Assembly (NCBI GenBank): GCA_964016885.1
Contig: OZ024747.1
Location: 60,078,001 to 60,142,000 of the forward strand
Length of the DNA stretch: 64,000 nucleotides
Origin: Eledone cirrhosa
Lineage: Eukaryota
Direction: 5' to 3'
Shown here: positions 39,393-52,781 of the stretch, one piece after another
How the letters are laid out: each line of letters opens with the position of its first letter
How positions within the stretch are numbered: position 1 is the stretch's first letter
Notes under the pieces: model-generated
Told to the model about the DNA's origin: nothing
The model's database searches: none
What the model saw: only the letters and a program-made list of their open reading frames with translations
Program-made: the position numbers and the translations under genes

Positions 39393-39475
39393 CTCCAACT
39401 AATTAGTTTCTGAAAGGGAATAAACATGGTTTCCGATTGGAACAACAAGAGAAAAATCGTTTCATCATCAGGGAG
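39393..39475 (-). ncRNA. Type I hammerhead ribozyme with extended stem II
   Basis: The - strand reads cucc-CUGAUGA-ugaaa...uuuca-GAAA-cuaauuag-UU-ggag. Stem III is the palindrome ACTAATTAGT and the cleavage triplet is GUU. Confidence 0.75.
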
Positions 39476-39828
39476 GTCTATTCTCAGCTAAGTTCCTAGG
39501 CAATGTGTGGACACGGGGAACTTATACAAAAATAATTCAGTGGATGGAAGAAAGCAAGCGAGGACTAAATTCCAGGACATTGAAAAAATCACTGCCTACT
39601 TGGTCGGTGGCAAATTCGAAAGAATCAATCATGGGACATCGAGGTCAATCAGTGAGGAGTGGGGTGCTAATAAGACAGTAGCCTGGCTATTACTATGAAC
39701 CATAGTAGTAGTTTTGGCAAATTTTTGCTCAACAAAATAATTTGGTGATAATTATAAAGAATTGGTATACTAATTCTTTATATATATATGTATGTATATA
39801 CATATATACATGTTTATATATATATATG

Positions 39829-40195
39829 AATCATCATCACCGTTTTACGTCCGTTCTTCCACGCTAGCATGGGTTAGACGGGTTGTCCTGTTGTGGGCAG
39901 TGTCTGGTCGGCTGACCATGCCTTGCTCATACAGGAACTGATCTGGCTTGATTTCTACAGCTGGATGCCCTTCCTAACACCAACCTCATTTACAGTGAGT
40001 GCTGGGTGCTTTTTCGTGGCGCCTACACGTCCACTTTACAGTGTGGGCTGGGTGCTTTTTTGCCGTGGCACCTCCACGACCACCTTGCGGTGGGGGGAGT
40101 GGGGGCATATTGTTTATATGCTTCAGCATGTACCCATGGGAGGTCGGGTACCCTGTATTACTGCGTGACGCCAGAAGTCACGGTCGTGTGTCATA
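39829..40195 (-). mobile_element. 5'-truncated RTE LINE (last codons plus complete 3' UTR)
   Basis: Encodes [18 protein letters not shown], comparable to DRDLWRYSVTEKTR of the long RTE. Followed by a UTR containing ggttggtgttaggaagggcatccagc and a (GAT)n tail. Confidence 0.82.
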
Positions 40196-40356
40196 CATAT
40201 ATATATATGTATGTATGTACATATATATATGTATATACATATATATATATGTATGTATATACATATATATATATGTATGTATATACATATATATATGTAT
40301 GTATGTATATACATACATATATATATGTATGTATGTATATACATATATATATATGT

Positions 40357-43300
40357 ATCATCATCATCATCATCATCACCGTTTAACGTCCGTGTTCCAC
40401 GCTTGCATGGGTTTGGACGGGGGTAGTCCCACTTGAGGCAAGAGTGATTGTCTTGCTCGCATAGGACTGTCTGGCAGGTTTTCTACAGTTGGATGCCCTT
40501 CCTAACACCAACCACATTTACAGTGTGGGTCTGGGAGGTTTTTACCGTGTTGCCTACACGGCCACATTACAGCGTGGACTGTGTGTTTTTTTGTCGTGAC
40601 ACCTACACGATCTCATTTGTTTCGGCCTGGATGGTGTGGCACCAACACAACTTTACATAGAACGGGGTGGCGTGGATGGGTTGGGGGGTGGGTGGGACGG
40701 GGGAGGGGTGGTGGTGGTGTGTGTGTGTGGTGGGGGGGGTATTTTGTTAGATGCCTACTGGCTGTAGTAGGTTTTACTATGTATTTAGGTAAGGCGGGTC
40801 TTCTCTGTTACTGAGTACCGCCAAAGGTCTCGGTCCAGTCACATTGTCTTGGAGAGGTGTAAGTGTGTGAGGTCGGAGTTTATCAGCTCGTCCCAGGTTT
40901 TTCTAGGTCTGCCTATTCCGTGGCTACCGTCTATCTTTATTGCCCTGCACTTTGTTATACAGCTATCGACTTTCATGCGCATCACGTGTCCATACCAACG
41001 TAGCCTTCTCTCGAGTAAACATCTGATCCCTCTTATTTCTAATTTTTTCCTTAGTTCGTTTATGCTTTGCCGTTCACGTATATTACTGTTACACATCCAG
41101 CGGAGCATGCAAGCTTCGTTCCTCTCTAGTCTGCGTATATCCTCTGCACACAATGCCCAGGTCTCACTGCCATGCAACATTGCTGTTCGTATGCAGGCAT
41201 CGTACAACCTGCCTTTCATTTTTAGGGAGAACCCTTTAGCAGCTAATAGTGGTATAAGCTCTCTGAACTTTTTCCAACCAGTTCTGACTCTAGCTACTGT
41301 ACTTTCAGAGCACCCTCCCCCACTGCTGATTTTATCACGCAGGTAACGGAAACTGTCCACTATTTCTATAGAACCCTCTGCGCAATTGAAAGAGCTAGTA
41401 TTTTGTGGGCACTTGCTGCTACTTATTGCACCAGAGCACCGGCCACATGTAAAATCTATGTTCTTAGTTAGCTTACCTGTGATCCCACTACATCTTTTAT
41501 GCACCCATACTTTGCATTTAGGACATAAAATGGAGTTTCTACCTACGCCTTTCCTACACACCGAGCACGACCATTTCCCAGAAGGGACCGCCGCCTTATT
41601 TTCTTTCCTACAAACTAGAACTTTAGTCTGAGCCAGGTTAATTTTAAGGCCTTTTGATTCCAGGCCGTGCTTCCATGTTTCGAATTTCTTCTCTAGCTCG
41701 GCCATTGATTCCGCTATGAGTGTCAGGTCGTCTGCGTATAGGAGTTCCCATGGGCAGCCGGTCTTGAACTCCTCTGTTATAGCCTGAAGGGCAATAATAA
41801 ATAGTAGGGGGCTGAGAACAGAGCCCTGATGGACGCCAACTTTTACGCTAAACTCTTCACTATATTCGTTGTTAATTCTAACCTTGCTGACTGTTTCTTT
41901 ATACATGGCTTGTATAGCTCTCACAAGCCATTCGTCAACGCCTAGTTTTCTAAGAGCCCACCAGATAATGGAGCGGGGGACTCTGTCGAAGGCTTTCTCC
42001 AAGTCGACAAAAGCTAAGTAGAGGGGTTTACCTTTAGCTAGGTACTTCTCCTGTAGTTGTCGTACAATGAAAAGAGCGTCTGTGGTACTTTTGCCTGACA
42101 CAAACCCGAACTGCATTTCATCTAGGTCGATTCTCTCTCTGATTAGTTGTGCTATTACTTTTTCCGTGACCTTCATGACCTGGTCGATTAATTTAATGCC
42201 TCTATAGTTACTCCTATCTAGGGCGTCTCCTTTACCCTTATAACAGTTAACGATGATGCTGCTATGCCAGTCCTTCGGAACAACCCCATTCTGTACGACT
42301 TGGTTAACTATGCGGGTGACCATGGTGTGTCCCACCGTGCCAGATGCCTTCAGCATCTCAGCAACTATTTCCTAAGGCCCAGCCGCCTTACCCGTCTTCA
42401 TATCCTTAATTGCCTTACTTATTATACTCCCCTCGACTAACACTGCTGGTCCCTCTATTGGGTCGATATGGGGGAGACTGTCTTTCTCCCATTTATTCTC
42501 CTCATTTAGTAGCCTTTTATAGTGACACTTCCAAGCTACCTTCTTATCAGCGTCGGTGATGGCAAGTGTGCCATCGTCGTTTAGTACACACTTCTCCCCG
42601 ACAATATCACGGTTTTCCTTGACGCATTGCCTAGCAATCCTGAACACCTCACGTTTTTGGTCATCGCGTTGTAGAACATGCTTGAACTTTCTTTCCTCAG
42701 CTTCCCTTCTTGCTAAGTACACTTGTCTCCTAGCTTCCCTCCTGGCCACTTGATAGTCTTCTCTACTTCCCCCATCCCGCCATACTTTCCAAGCCTTCTT
42801 TTTGGCCTTAATTGACCCCTCCACCTTACTGTTCCACCACCATGTTACTCTCCTCCTGCCTACAGGCCTGCTCCAGCCACAGACTTCGTCTGTCGCCAAC
42901 AGCAGGTTTGCTTTCAGAAATTCCCACTCTCCCTCTATATTGTCCGACTCTACATGTTCTTCCTTACTGTCGAAAGCATCAAGTAATATGCTTTGAAATT
43001 TATTCCTGGCTGTGGGGTCCTTTAGCTTCCATATTTTTCTCCTGAGGATAGTCCTCTTCTGCTGTCGAGTACGTCTCGTCCTGACTATGAGGTCGCTAAT
43101 TATCAGTCTATGTTGGGAGGTGCATTCTTCATGGGGGAGGGATTTAGTGTTTACAACAGACACTCTGTCACGTCTTCTGGTAAGGATATAATCTACCTGG
43201 CTTGTGTGTTCCCCGGATCTATAGGTGATCAGGTGATTGTCACGTTTTTTGAAGTTAGTGTTACAGATAGTTAGGTTATTTGCATCACAGAATTCCAGGA

Positions 43301-44075
43301 TTCTGGAGCCTTCCTCATTTCTAGTACCAAACCCATAGCCTCCATGGATTTCGTCGTAGCCGTCACAATGTTGTCCAACGTGACCATTTAGGTCGCCTGC
43401 AATAATTATATAGTCACTGTCGGATATTTGGGAGGTAGTTAGCATCAGTGTCTCATAGAATCTGTCTTTTATAGTGCCGGGCAGTCCGGATTGGGGTGCG
43501 TACGCAGATATTACTGTCACCGTAGTTCTATTGAGGACAAGTCGTATTTTAATTATTCTGTCGTTTACTCTATTTACGTCTATTATCTTATCTGCCCACT
43601 TTTCTACTACCATGATTCCTACTCCACCCAGCCCATCGACCTCCTTACGTTGAAGCATTTCTACAACCTCGTTAGCGCGACCCTTTAGGGTGCCTACATT
43701 TATGGTACCAACTCTGAAGTTTTGGATTGCGTTTGGGGGTTGGGGGCGGTGGGGGGCGGGGGGCGATGGGGTTATGTTAGCCGTCCGCGGTCGAAACAAT
43801 GAGGAGTGCTCGCATTCTCATCCAAGAGGTGAATTTGTCTTTATCTTTGGCATTGTCGCTGAGCGTCCAGATTTTTCTCTCTCTCCTCCACTCTCCAGGA
43901 TTCCGCAGTCCATCCATCCATCATATATCGAAAGGCAACCAGGCAAGCGATAGTATAGGCCTCTGGCTTCTGATTGGTCCGCGTAATAATAATACTGGTG
44001 ATGCGTGGGGGCTCTGGCTTATGATTGGTCCACGTAATAGCAATGGTGATGCGTGGTGTTGGGTAGCTAGATAGA
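40357..44075 (-). mobile_element. Near-full-length RTE-clade LINE (single APE endonuclease + RT ORF), inactivated
   Basis: APE motifs TINVGTL, SAYAPQ, IIAGDLNGHVG, QVDYIL and SQHRLI; RT motifs NYRGIKL, QFGF, FVDLEKAFDRVPR, GVHQGSVLSPLLF and LLYADD; an internal Cys-rich PHD-like insert; 3' UTR with (GAT)n tail. Confidence 0.95.
40785..43799 (-). pseudogene. RTE ORF (endonuclease-reverse transcriptase) with in-frame stops at 42372-42374 and 40839-40841
   Basis: The two listed ORFs (475 aa and 505 aa) are in the same frame, separated by a TAG. The frame continues past the TGA to a TAA at 40785-40787. Confidence 0.9.
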
Positions 44076-44338
44076 AGGTAATGATTGAATGGGGTCCTTG
44101 CATTTAACAAGCGATTAACAAAATACAAAATTTGTTCTGTTCCAATACGACAAAAACTTTCGTATCTAACAATTAATGAATACAAAAAATGTAGATTGTT
44201 TTAGCAATAGATTGGCTATTTGGACTTGATACGAAATATGGAGTGTGGAGGTAGAGATGAAGAAAAATATGTACATTACGTTACATGAATATCGTGGAGT
44301 AGACAGCAAAGCAATGAAATTTGGCGAAGTGAATTTCT

Positions 44339-44421
<83 letters not shown>

Positions 44422-44739
44422 AAGAGAGAGAGGGGGGTGGCCGTATGATGTGTGTGTGAGTATTGGGCGGTTGACCGCCATGCCCTCGCGAAGTAGGGGG
44501 GGTGGGGGTCGAGGAAGCGGGAGTTTAGAGTTTCGAAAGAAGGAAGAAGGAAAGGATTTTGTTTTTTGTTTTGAAAATATATACATATATATATATATAT
44601 GTATGTATGTATGTATATATATATGTATGTATATATATATAATTAGAAGAGGTATTTAATTTGTTGGAAATCCGACAAATATAAATATAAATGTTTATAA
44701 CTGATTTAGAGCACTCAACAGTTCCTGGAGTAAAATATT

Positions 44740-44911
44740 CAATGATATTAAATAAATGGAAACTATATTTATAAAACCATATTTATTTTATTATATATAT
44801 TTCAAGGGTACCAAAACACTTTAGTACCAAAGTGTTTTGGTACCCTTGAAATATATATAATAAAATAAATATGATTTTATAAATATAGTTTCCATTTATT
44901 TAATATCATTG
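44740..44911. repeat. ~170-bp near-perfect palindrome
   Basis: caatgatattaaataaatggaaact...ggtaccaaaacacttt-agtacc-aaagtgttttggtacc...agtttccatttatttaatatcattg. Confidence 0.93.
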
Positions 44912-45266
44912 TGTGTTTATATATATATATATATATGTTTGTGTGTGTATATATGTCTGTCTGTAGGTGTATGTTAATGTGTATACACCATTATTATATG
45001 GTGGAGGAAATAACATTGTGAAGTGATATTGTGAATGATATCTACCATTGTGTTTGCGTGTATATGCACCGCTATATGTGCATATGTCAGTCAGTTCGTG
45101 TATAGGTGTAAGTGTACTGATGAATATGTGTGTGCAGGTGTGTATATATGCCTTTCTCGTAACTTGTGTGTGTCAGTCTGTGTGAATATATCTTGTTTGC
45201 TAACATGTGTGTATAAATCGTGTGTTAATGCATATGTGGTAATATTACTGTATATATCTTGTATAA

Positions 45267-45453
45267 GGGCGGTGGATTGGCAGTATCGGTAGAGGGTCGG
45301 ACGCCATGCTTTCCAGCATAGTTACGTCCCTTTACGATCTGAGTTCAAATCCCGCCGAGTTTGACTTTGCCTTTCATCCTTACGGGATCGATAAAAATAA
45401 AGTACCAGTAATGCACTGGGTAATTTGCTGGCCTTGTGCCTAAAGTAGAAACA
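45267..45453 (+). mobile_element. Family A SINE, full length, with 19-bp target-site duplication
   Basis: A and B boxes plus core. The sequence attactgtatatatcttgt occurs at 45244-45262 and 45454-45472. Confidence 0.92.
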
Positions 45454-45478
45454 ATTACTGTATATATCTTGTCTGTTA

Positions 45479-45521
<43 letters not shown>

Positions 45522-45529
45522 GTGTGTTT

Positions 45530-46170
45530 ACCGTGTGTTAATATGTATGCATTAATATGTGTGTATATATATATTGTCTGTTAATATATATGCATTATGT
45601 GTGTATGTATCTTGTCTGTTAATATATATGCATTAATATGTGTGTAGATATATATTGTCTGTTAATATATATGCATTAATATGTGTGTAGATATATATTG
45701 TCTGTTAATATATATGCATTAATATGTGTGTAGATATATATTGTCTGTTAATATATATGCATTAATATGTGAGTATGTATATATATTGTCTGTTAATATA
45801 TATGCATTAATATGTGAGTATGTATATATATATATTGTCTGTTAATATATATATGCATTAATATGTGTGTGTAGATATATATATTGTCTGTTAATATATA
45901 TGCATTAATATGTGAGTATGTATATATATATATTGTCTGTTAATATATATATGCATTAATGTGTGTGTAGATATATTATCTGTTAATATATATGCATTAA
46001 TATGTGTGTATATATATTGTCTGTTAATATATATGCATTAATATGTGTGTATATATATATTGTCTGTTAATATATATGCATTAATATGTGTGTATATATC
46101 TTGACAATATATATGCATTAATATGTGAGTATGTATCTTGTGTATTAATGTGTTTGCATTAATATATATG
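45530..46170. repeat. ~40-bp AT-rich minisatellite (ttgtctgttaatatatatgcattaatatgtgtg..)
   Basis: About 13 variable-length copies. Confidence 0.92.
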
Positions 46171-47935
46171 TATCTTGTGTGTTAACATATATATCACATG
46201 TTAACATGAGTGTATATATCTTGTGTGTGTCTCAGGGGGAAGTAATTTTTTTTGTTGTCAAGACATCAGGTTTGCATGTAATAATGATAATAGTAATAAT
46301 AATAATAATGATATCAATAATAATAATAGTAATAGGGAAGAAAAAAAAGAAACTTTAGTTTAAAATGTAACATCATTAACAGAAGGAAAATAAGTGAATG
46401 CTATTAAAATATATTAGAATTATTTGGAAGAAAGTTATATTGTTGAATGGTTATTATAAGGTTTTCTTTCTTCCGATCTTAACCAAATTTTTCAAAAGAA
46501 GCAGAAAATGAGAATAAAATTGGAGGAAGTGTAATTTCAAAGACATCTAGCCTTAAGGAAAAAAAAAGAAAGTGAAACAAGAAGAAGAAAGCAGAAACAA
46601 CTAAATAAAATACTAAACAAAACATGATTCAACTTTATTTTTCTTTGATATTTTGATAGATGTAAGATAATTTTCCATGGTGTTATTTTCGGATTTGTTT
46701 GTTTGTTGAGGTCTTTTTCCTTTCTTTTTCAATATCATATGATGAGAAATAAGGAATGAATGGTTTCTGGTCATCATCATCATCATCATCATCATATCAC
46801 ATTTGCTACTATTAATCATGCATGAAGCCATACAATCTGCAAAACATCTGTTGTTGTTATTGCAGTAATATTTCACATATTTCTTTTGTATCTTGGTTAG
46901 AATTTCATTTATTTCAGTTGTTGCACAATACTTTTCTCCTCTCTCTCTCTCAAGAAAATGATGAAGGAATTTATCTCAGGTAAATATGCTTCTGATATAA
47001 GAAATAAATGCTACTCAATGTAAGATACATAAAATAGCTACCACTTTGGAAATTAAGCCACCTGAAACACACCTGTTTCTATGATTCAAACCTGCTTCCT
47101 TCAAATGTTTATATTTATCTAAAAACCTGGCATCATTATTTTGTGTAAGAAACTTTTTTCATTTATGTTCCACACAGTAGCTTCACCGATTAGCATTTAA
47201 ACTGGCCATATCTGGCCCGAATTCTCTCATCCCTTTCTCGTCAAACTGGCCATAACCAGCTGCTCATACTTATGTTAAGGTATTGTTCTCAAAATAAATA
47301 ATATCAAAATCTCATAGATTCGATATTATGGGGGGTAATTATGTGAAATAAAGTGTTTACCATGAAAATGCAATAGAAAATAGTAAATAGAGTAATGGTA
47401 GATGGTAAAGGGTTAATAATGAGAAAGTTAGTTATATTGCTAAATCCTTTCAGATCTATGATTATTTTCATAATGTACATGGCCCACATGTATATGATAT
47501 CATATATTAGATATCAAAATTTGATAAGTTCCAATGCTGACGAAGAACACCTCAATGGCCCACTCAAATATATCAAATTTTAATATGTATATCATATATA
47601 TACATATTGAGATTTGATAAGTTTATGTGCTGGTAAAGAACTCTGCAATGACCCACATGTATCTGACCCCTGCTTTAGATTGTTGTCTTATTAATCAATG
47701 ACTCTTGCTTGTTTTATCTAGTGGTAGATATGTACCATAGCACCATGCCATTTACTCTATGTATTGCCTTCAAATGGTATGGTGATCATTTTTGTTTCTT
47801 CTCGACCAGATACAGCTGGAACTCCTGTCTGCTGCCTCTGATATTACTTTTGGGGTTTTGGTCCTTTACTTCCCCGAGACTGAGAGTTATTTCATGAGAT
47901 TGTTGGCAGATTTGCCCACAAAACATCTGGCTCCA

Positions 47936-49660
47936 ACAGAGATACAGTATATGTAAATATATGTGAACAAGGACACCCATATATGCTGTGATGGAATATT
48001 ATATACACAGAGATCCAGTATATGTAAATATATGTGAACAAGGACACCCATATATGCTGTGATGGAATATTATATACACAGAGACACAGTATATGTAAAT
48101 ATATGTGAACTAAGATACCCATATATGCTGTGATGGAATATTATATACACAGAGACACAGTATATGTAAATATATGTGAACTAAGACACCCATATATGCT
48201 ATGATGGAATATTATATACACAGAGATACAGTATATGTAAATATATGTGAACTAGGACACTCATATATGCTGTGATGGAATATTATATACACAGAGACAC
48301 AGTATATGTAAATATATGTGAACTAAGACACTCATATATGCTGTGATGGAATATTATATACACAGAGACACAGTATATGTAAATATATGTGAACTAAGAC
48401 ACTCATATATGCTGTGATGGAATATTATATACACAGAGATCCAGTATATATAAATATATGTGAACTAGGACACTCATATATGCTCTGATGGAATATTATA
48501 TACACAGAGATACAGTATATGTAAATATATGTGAACTAAGACACTCATATATGCTGTGATGGAATATTATATACACAGAGATCCAGTATATATAAATATA
48601 TGTGAACTAAGACACTCATATATGCTATGATGGAATATTATATACACAGAGATACAGTATATGTAAATATATGTGAACTAAGACACTCATATATGCTGTG
48701 ATGGAATATTATATACACAGAGATCCAGTATATATAAATATATGTGAACTAAGACACCCATATATGCTCTGATGGAATATTATATACACAGAGATACAGT
48801 ATATGTAAATATATGTGAACTAAGACACTCATATATGCTGTGATGGAATATTATATACACAGAGATACAGTATATGTAAATATATGTGAACTAGGACACT
48901 CATATATGCTGTGATGGAATATTATATACACAGAGATACAGTATATGTAAATATATGTGAACAAGGACACCCATATATGTTATGATGGAATATTATATAC
49001 ACAGAGATACAGTATATGTAAATATATGTGAACAAGGACACCCATATATGCTATGATGGAATATTATATACACAGAGATCCAGTATATATAAATATATGT
49101 GAACTAAGACACCCATATATGCTGTGATGGAATATTATATACACAGAGATACAGTATATGTAAATATATGTGAACTAGGACACTCATATATGCTATGATG
49201 GAATATTATAAACACAGAGATACAGTATATGTAAATATATGTGAACTAAGACACCCATATATGCTGTGATGGAATATTATATACACAGAGATACAGTATA
49301 TGTAAATATATGTGAACTAAGACACCCATATATGCTGTGATGGAATATTATAAACACAGAGATACAGTATATGTAAATATATGTGAACTAAGACACCCAT
49401 ATATGCTGTGATGGAATATTATAAACACAGAAACAGTATATGTGAACTAAAACACTCATATTTGTTGTGATCAAATAAACATATTACACTTCAGTCATAT
49501 CATATAAAGAGAGATAAAATATATTTAAATATATGTGAACTAAGACACTCATATATGTTGTGATATAATCAACATATTATATTTCAGTCATATTATATAA
49601 AGAGAGTTACAGTATATGTAAATATAAATGAACTAAGACACTCATATATGCTGTCATGGA
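47936..49660. repeat. 71-bp minisatellite, about 21 copies plus degenerate 3' units
   Basis: cacagaga recurs at 48006, 48077, 48148 and onward. Confidence 0.96.
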
Positions 49661-49967
49661 ATCAACATATTTACTGCAACACTGAACACAACTTGTATTA
49701 CTGTCAATTGAACAAAATCTCTCAATCTTCATGATCTCTCAAACATTCAGATCAGCAGAATGAACTTAGAAGTACATTTGTATTGGCAACAACTAAGAAA
49801 GCAATTACATATAGATTAAGTTGTAAATATGTTTGAGGTTTTATTAAAGGATTGCATGTCTTTAAATACTGCATGTCTTTAAAAGTCTTACATCATTCAT
49901 TTATTCTACTGTTTCAAACAACAGGAATATTTGTTGTTGGAATTGACAAAATTTCGTCCTCTTCTGT

Positions 49968-50467
49968 ACTTAGACAACAGATAGATGTATCTGTTGGTAG
50001 TATATATTGACATCTGGTCAACTTATCAGTCAGACTGGAGTCTTTGTATTTAGACCATGGATAGATGTATCTGTTGGTAGTATATATTGACATCTGGTCA
50101 ACTTATCAGTCAGACTGGAGTCTTTGTATTTAGACCATGGATAGATGTATCTATTTGTAGTATATATTGATATCTGGCCAACTTATTAATTAGACTGGAG
50201 TCTATTTATTTAGACCATGGAAAGATGTATCTATTTGTAGTATATATTGATATCTGGTCAACTTATTAATTAGACTGGAGTCTATTTATTTAGACCATAG
50301 AAAGATGTATCTATTTGTAGTATATATTGACATCTGGTCAACTTATTAATTAGACTGGAGTCTATTTATTTAGACCATGGAAAGATGTATCTATTTGTAG
50401 TATATATTGACATCTGGTCAACTTATTAATTAGACGAGTCTATTTATTTAGACCATGGAAAGATGTT
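49968..50467. repeat. 80-bp minisatellite, about 6 copies
   Basis: Units start at 49981, 50061, 50141, 50221, 50301 and 50381. Confidence 0.95.
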
Positions 50468-52724
50468 TATATTGATGGATATTGTTGTTGTTTATTCCTT
50501 CTTGGTGAATACAGTCCAACCTTTGCTAGCAGGAAAATGAATATTAAATTAAGTAGATAATGATGATTGTCCAGTATTTTCCTTTTGGTTTAAAATTATA
50601 TGGAGTGATCTGGGGGATTTGCCTACTGTTTCTAGCACATTTATCAACTGCATAGAGATTCCGTTGTTGGCATGATTACTTGATAGTGTTTATATTATGT
50701 GGACCTACTAGTTTAGCAGTACCTAGCCTGGGATCCACCCAGACAATTTCAGGGCTGCCATGAGCTAAGTTCAACATTACAAATATTTTGTTAAAGAGAT
50801 ACATATTCATAAGCTTGGCTCATCAGGCTTGGGAATCCAGCTGAACCATTTCAAGACAGTTGCTTCTGACAGGACTCACTGGATGGAGTGTTTGGGGACT
50901 CTACCCCCATGACCATCTCAGAAATAAATGGGCAAAGAAGAAGATATATATGTTTAAGTATATAAACTTCTCTTTTGATTTTTATTCTCATCTCACAACA
51001 ATCCGATCATGGGTAGTAATTGTAGTGGGTGTGTGTATGGGTGGATTCATTTAAATAAAAAGACTACTTGGTAGTCAAAAGGTTTGGAACCAGTGTGTAA
51101 AATGATAGTGTATCTATTTAACTCTTAATGTCCTGTACCACATGAAACCACACAAGCAAAACATTATTGAAAACTATAAAACATTATGGCTACCTCACTT
51201 TAAAAGTTCAACCCTTACTCTAATATTCTAAATTTTCACAATGATTTGTCCATTAAAAAATCATGTTTTTAGGTATTTTATACAGATTTTCAAAGTTAAA
51301 CTAGAGAGAGGGGTGGGGGGGGGGCTGGAGGGCTAGAGAGGGAAAGAGAGAATTTACATATCTTATGTTGTTGACATATGTCTTGATCCTAGACTAAGTC
51401 AACCTAACCAATTGAGCCTCTCAAAATCCATCATAATTCTAAAGACACATATTAGTAAGTCTGTAACTTATCATTTTTACACATGGATTTATTATAAGTT
51501 TCATTGCAGCTCTTGAAATGAAACCAAAGAAACAAAAATCAAAATTCTTTAAGAAATGACAAAAAGAAAAAATGAAAACAAAAATGACACTTTTCTTTTC
51601 TGTTAGTGTATGTTAACTGCATGACAGAGCTAATATGTCTCTGGAGACATTCTTAATAATGTTTGTTGGTTGAAGTGGATGGAAGCTAAGCCTTAGATTA
51701 CTGTCTAAAATGTCATAGAACATTCCACTTCCTCATTAATTAACACCTGTCAGTTGAATGACATTTAAAGTCCAGCAAGAAATGATTGTTCAACATGCTT
51801 TCCATGAGCAGAAGATCAATGTAAAAAGAAAAAAAGAAAAAAAAAAGGAGCAAAAAAAACAAAGAAAAATTATAGAATAAAACTCAAACATGTAGTATAA
51901 AATTCGAACATATTAAAAATATATATATATACACAGAATATGAATAATGATATTTGTATTTTTGTAAATCATTTTAATATGTTTTTCTTAAAATGATTCA
52001 GAAGCCTGTTTATGTTTTCAGATTAATATTTTTTATTATTATTTTTGGTTATTATTGTCAGCATTATTATTAGCAAGCATGTCATTATTAAATAGAAGAA
52101 ATTAAAAAATTTGAATGAAAAAAAAATGTGTATTATTAGATAGAAAAAATCTAAAATCAATATATAGCTGTCAAATATATTTATCTATGATAAGCTTTTA
52201 TACAAGTATGGTGGATATTTTCACATTTATTCTGTTCTATGTTCAAATAATTACACACATTTACAATGGTGTGGTTGAAGAAAAGATTCATAGCCTCAAG
52301 GTTCAATCCCCACCATGTCAATACTCTGTGTCTTTCTGTCTCTCTCAAATATATATATATATATATATGTATGCATGTGTGTCTGTGTATATATATATAT
52401 GTGTATATATATATATATATGCATGTGTGTCTGTGTATATATATATATGTGTATATATATATATGCATGTGTGTCTGTGTATATATATATGTGTATATAT
52501 ATATATGTATATATGTGTGTGCATATATATATATATATATGTATACATATATATATATGTATACATATATATATATATATATATGTATACATATATATAT
52601 ATAATGTATACATACATATATATATGTATACATACATATATATAAATGTATACATATATATATATGTATACATACATATATATAAATGTATACATATATA
52701 TATATAATGTATACATACATACTC

Positions 52725-52781
<57 letters not shown>

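Noticed and set aside
45267-45360. tRNA gene
   Set aside because: A and B boxes are present but there is no cloverleaf, and it continues into the SINE core and tail with a TSD.
46968-46985. + strand ATGATGAAG..TCAG|gtaaat as a first exon
   Set aside because: The motif is short with no downstream + strand exons recognisable, so it cannot be distinguished from chance.
47709-47980. Short ORFs in unique-looking sequence as host exons
   Set aside because: No recognisable domain or convincing splice-site pair, and the sequence runs into the 71-bp array.
50725-50835. CUGAUGA...GAAA on the - strand as a further hammerhead
   Set aside because: Stem I needs a bulge next to the core and stem II does not close against GAAA.
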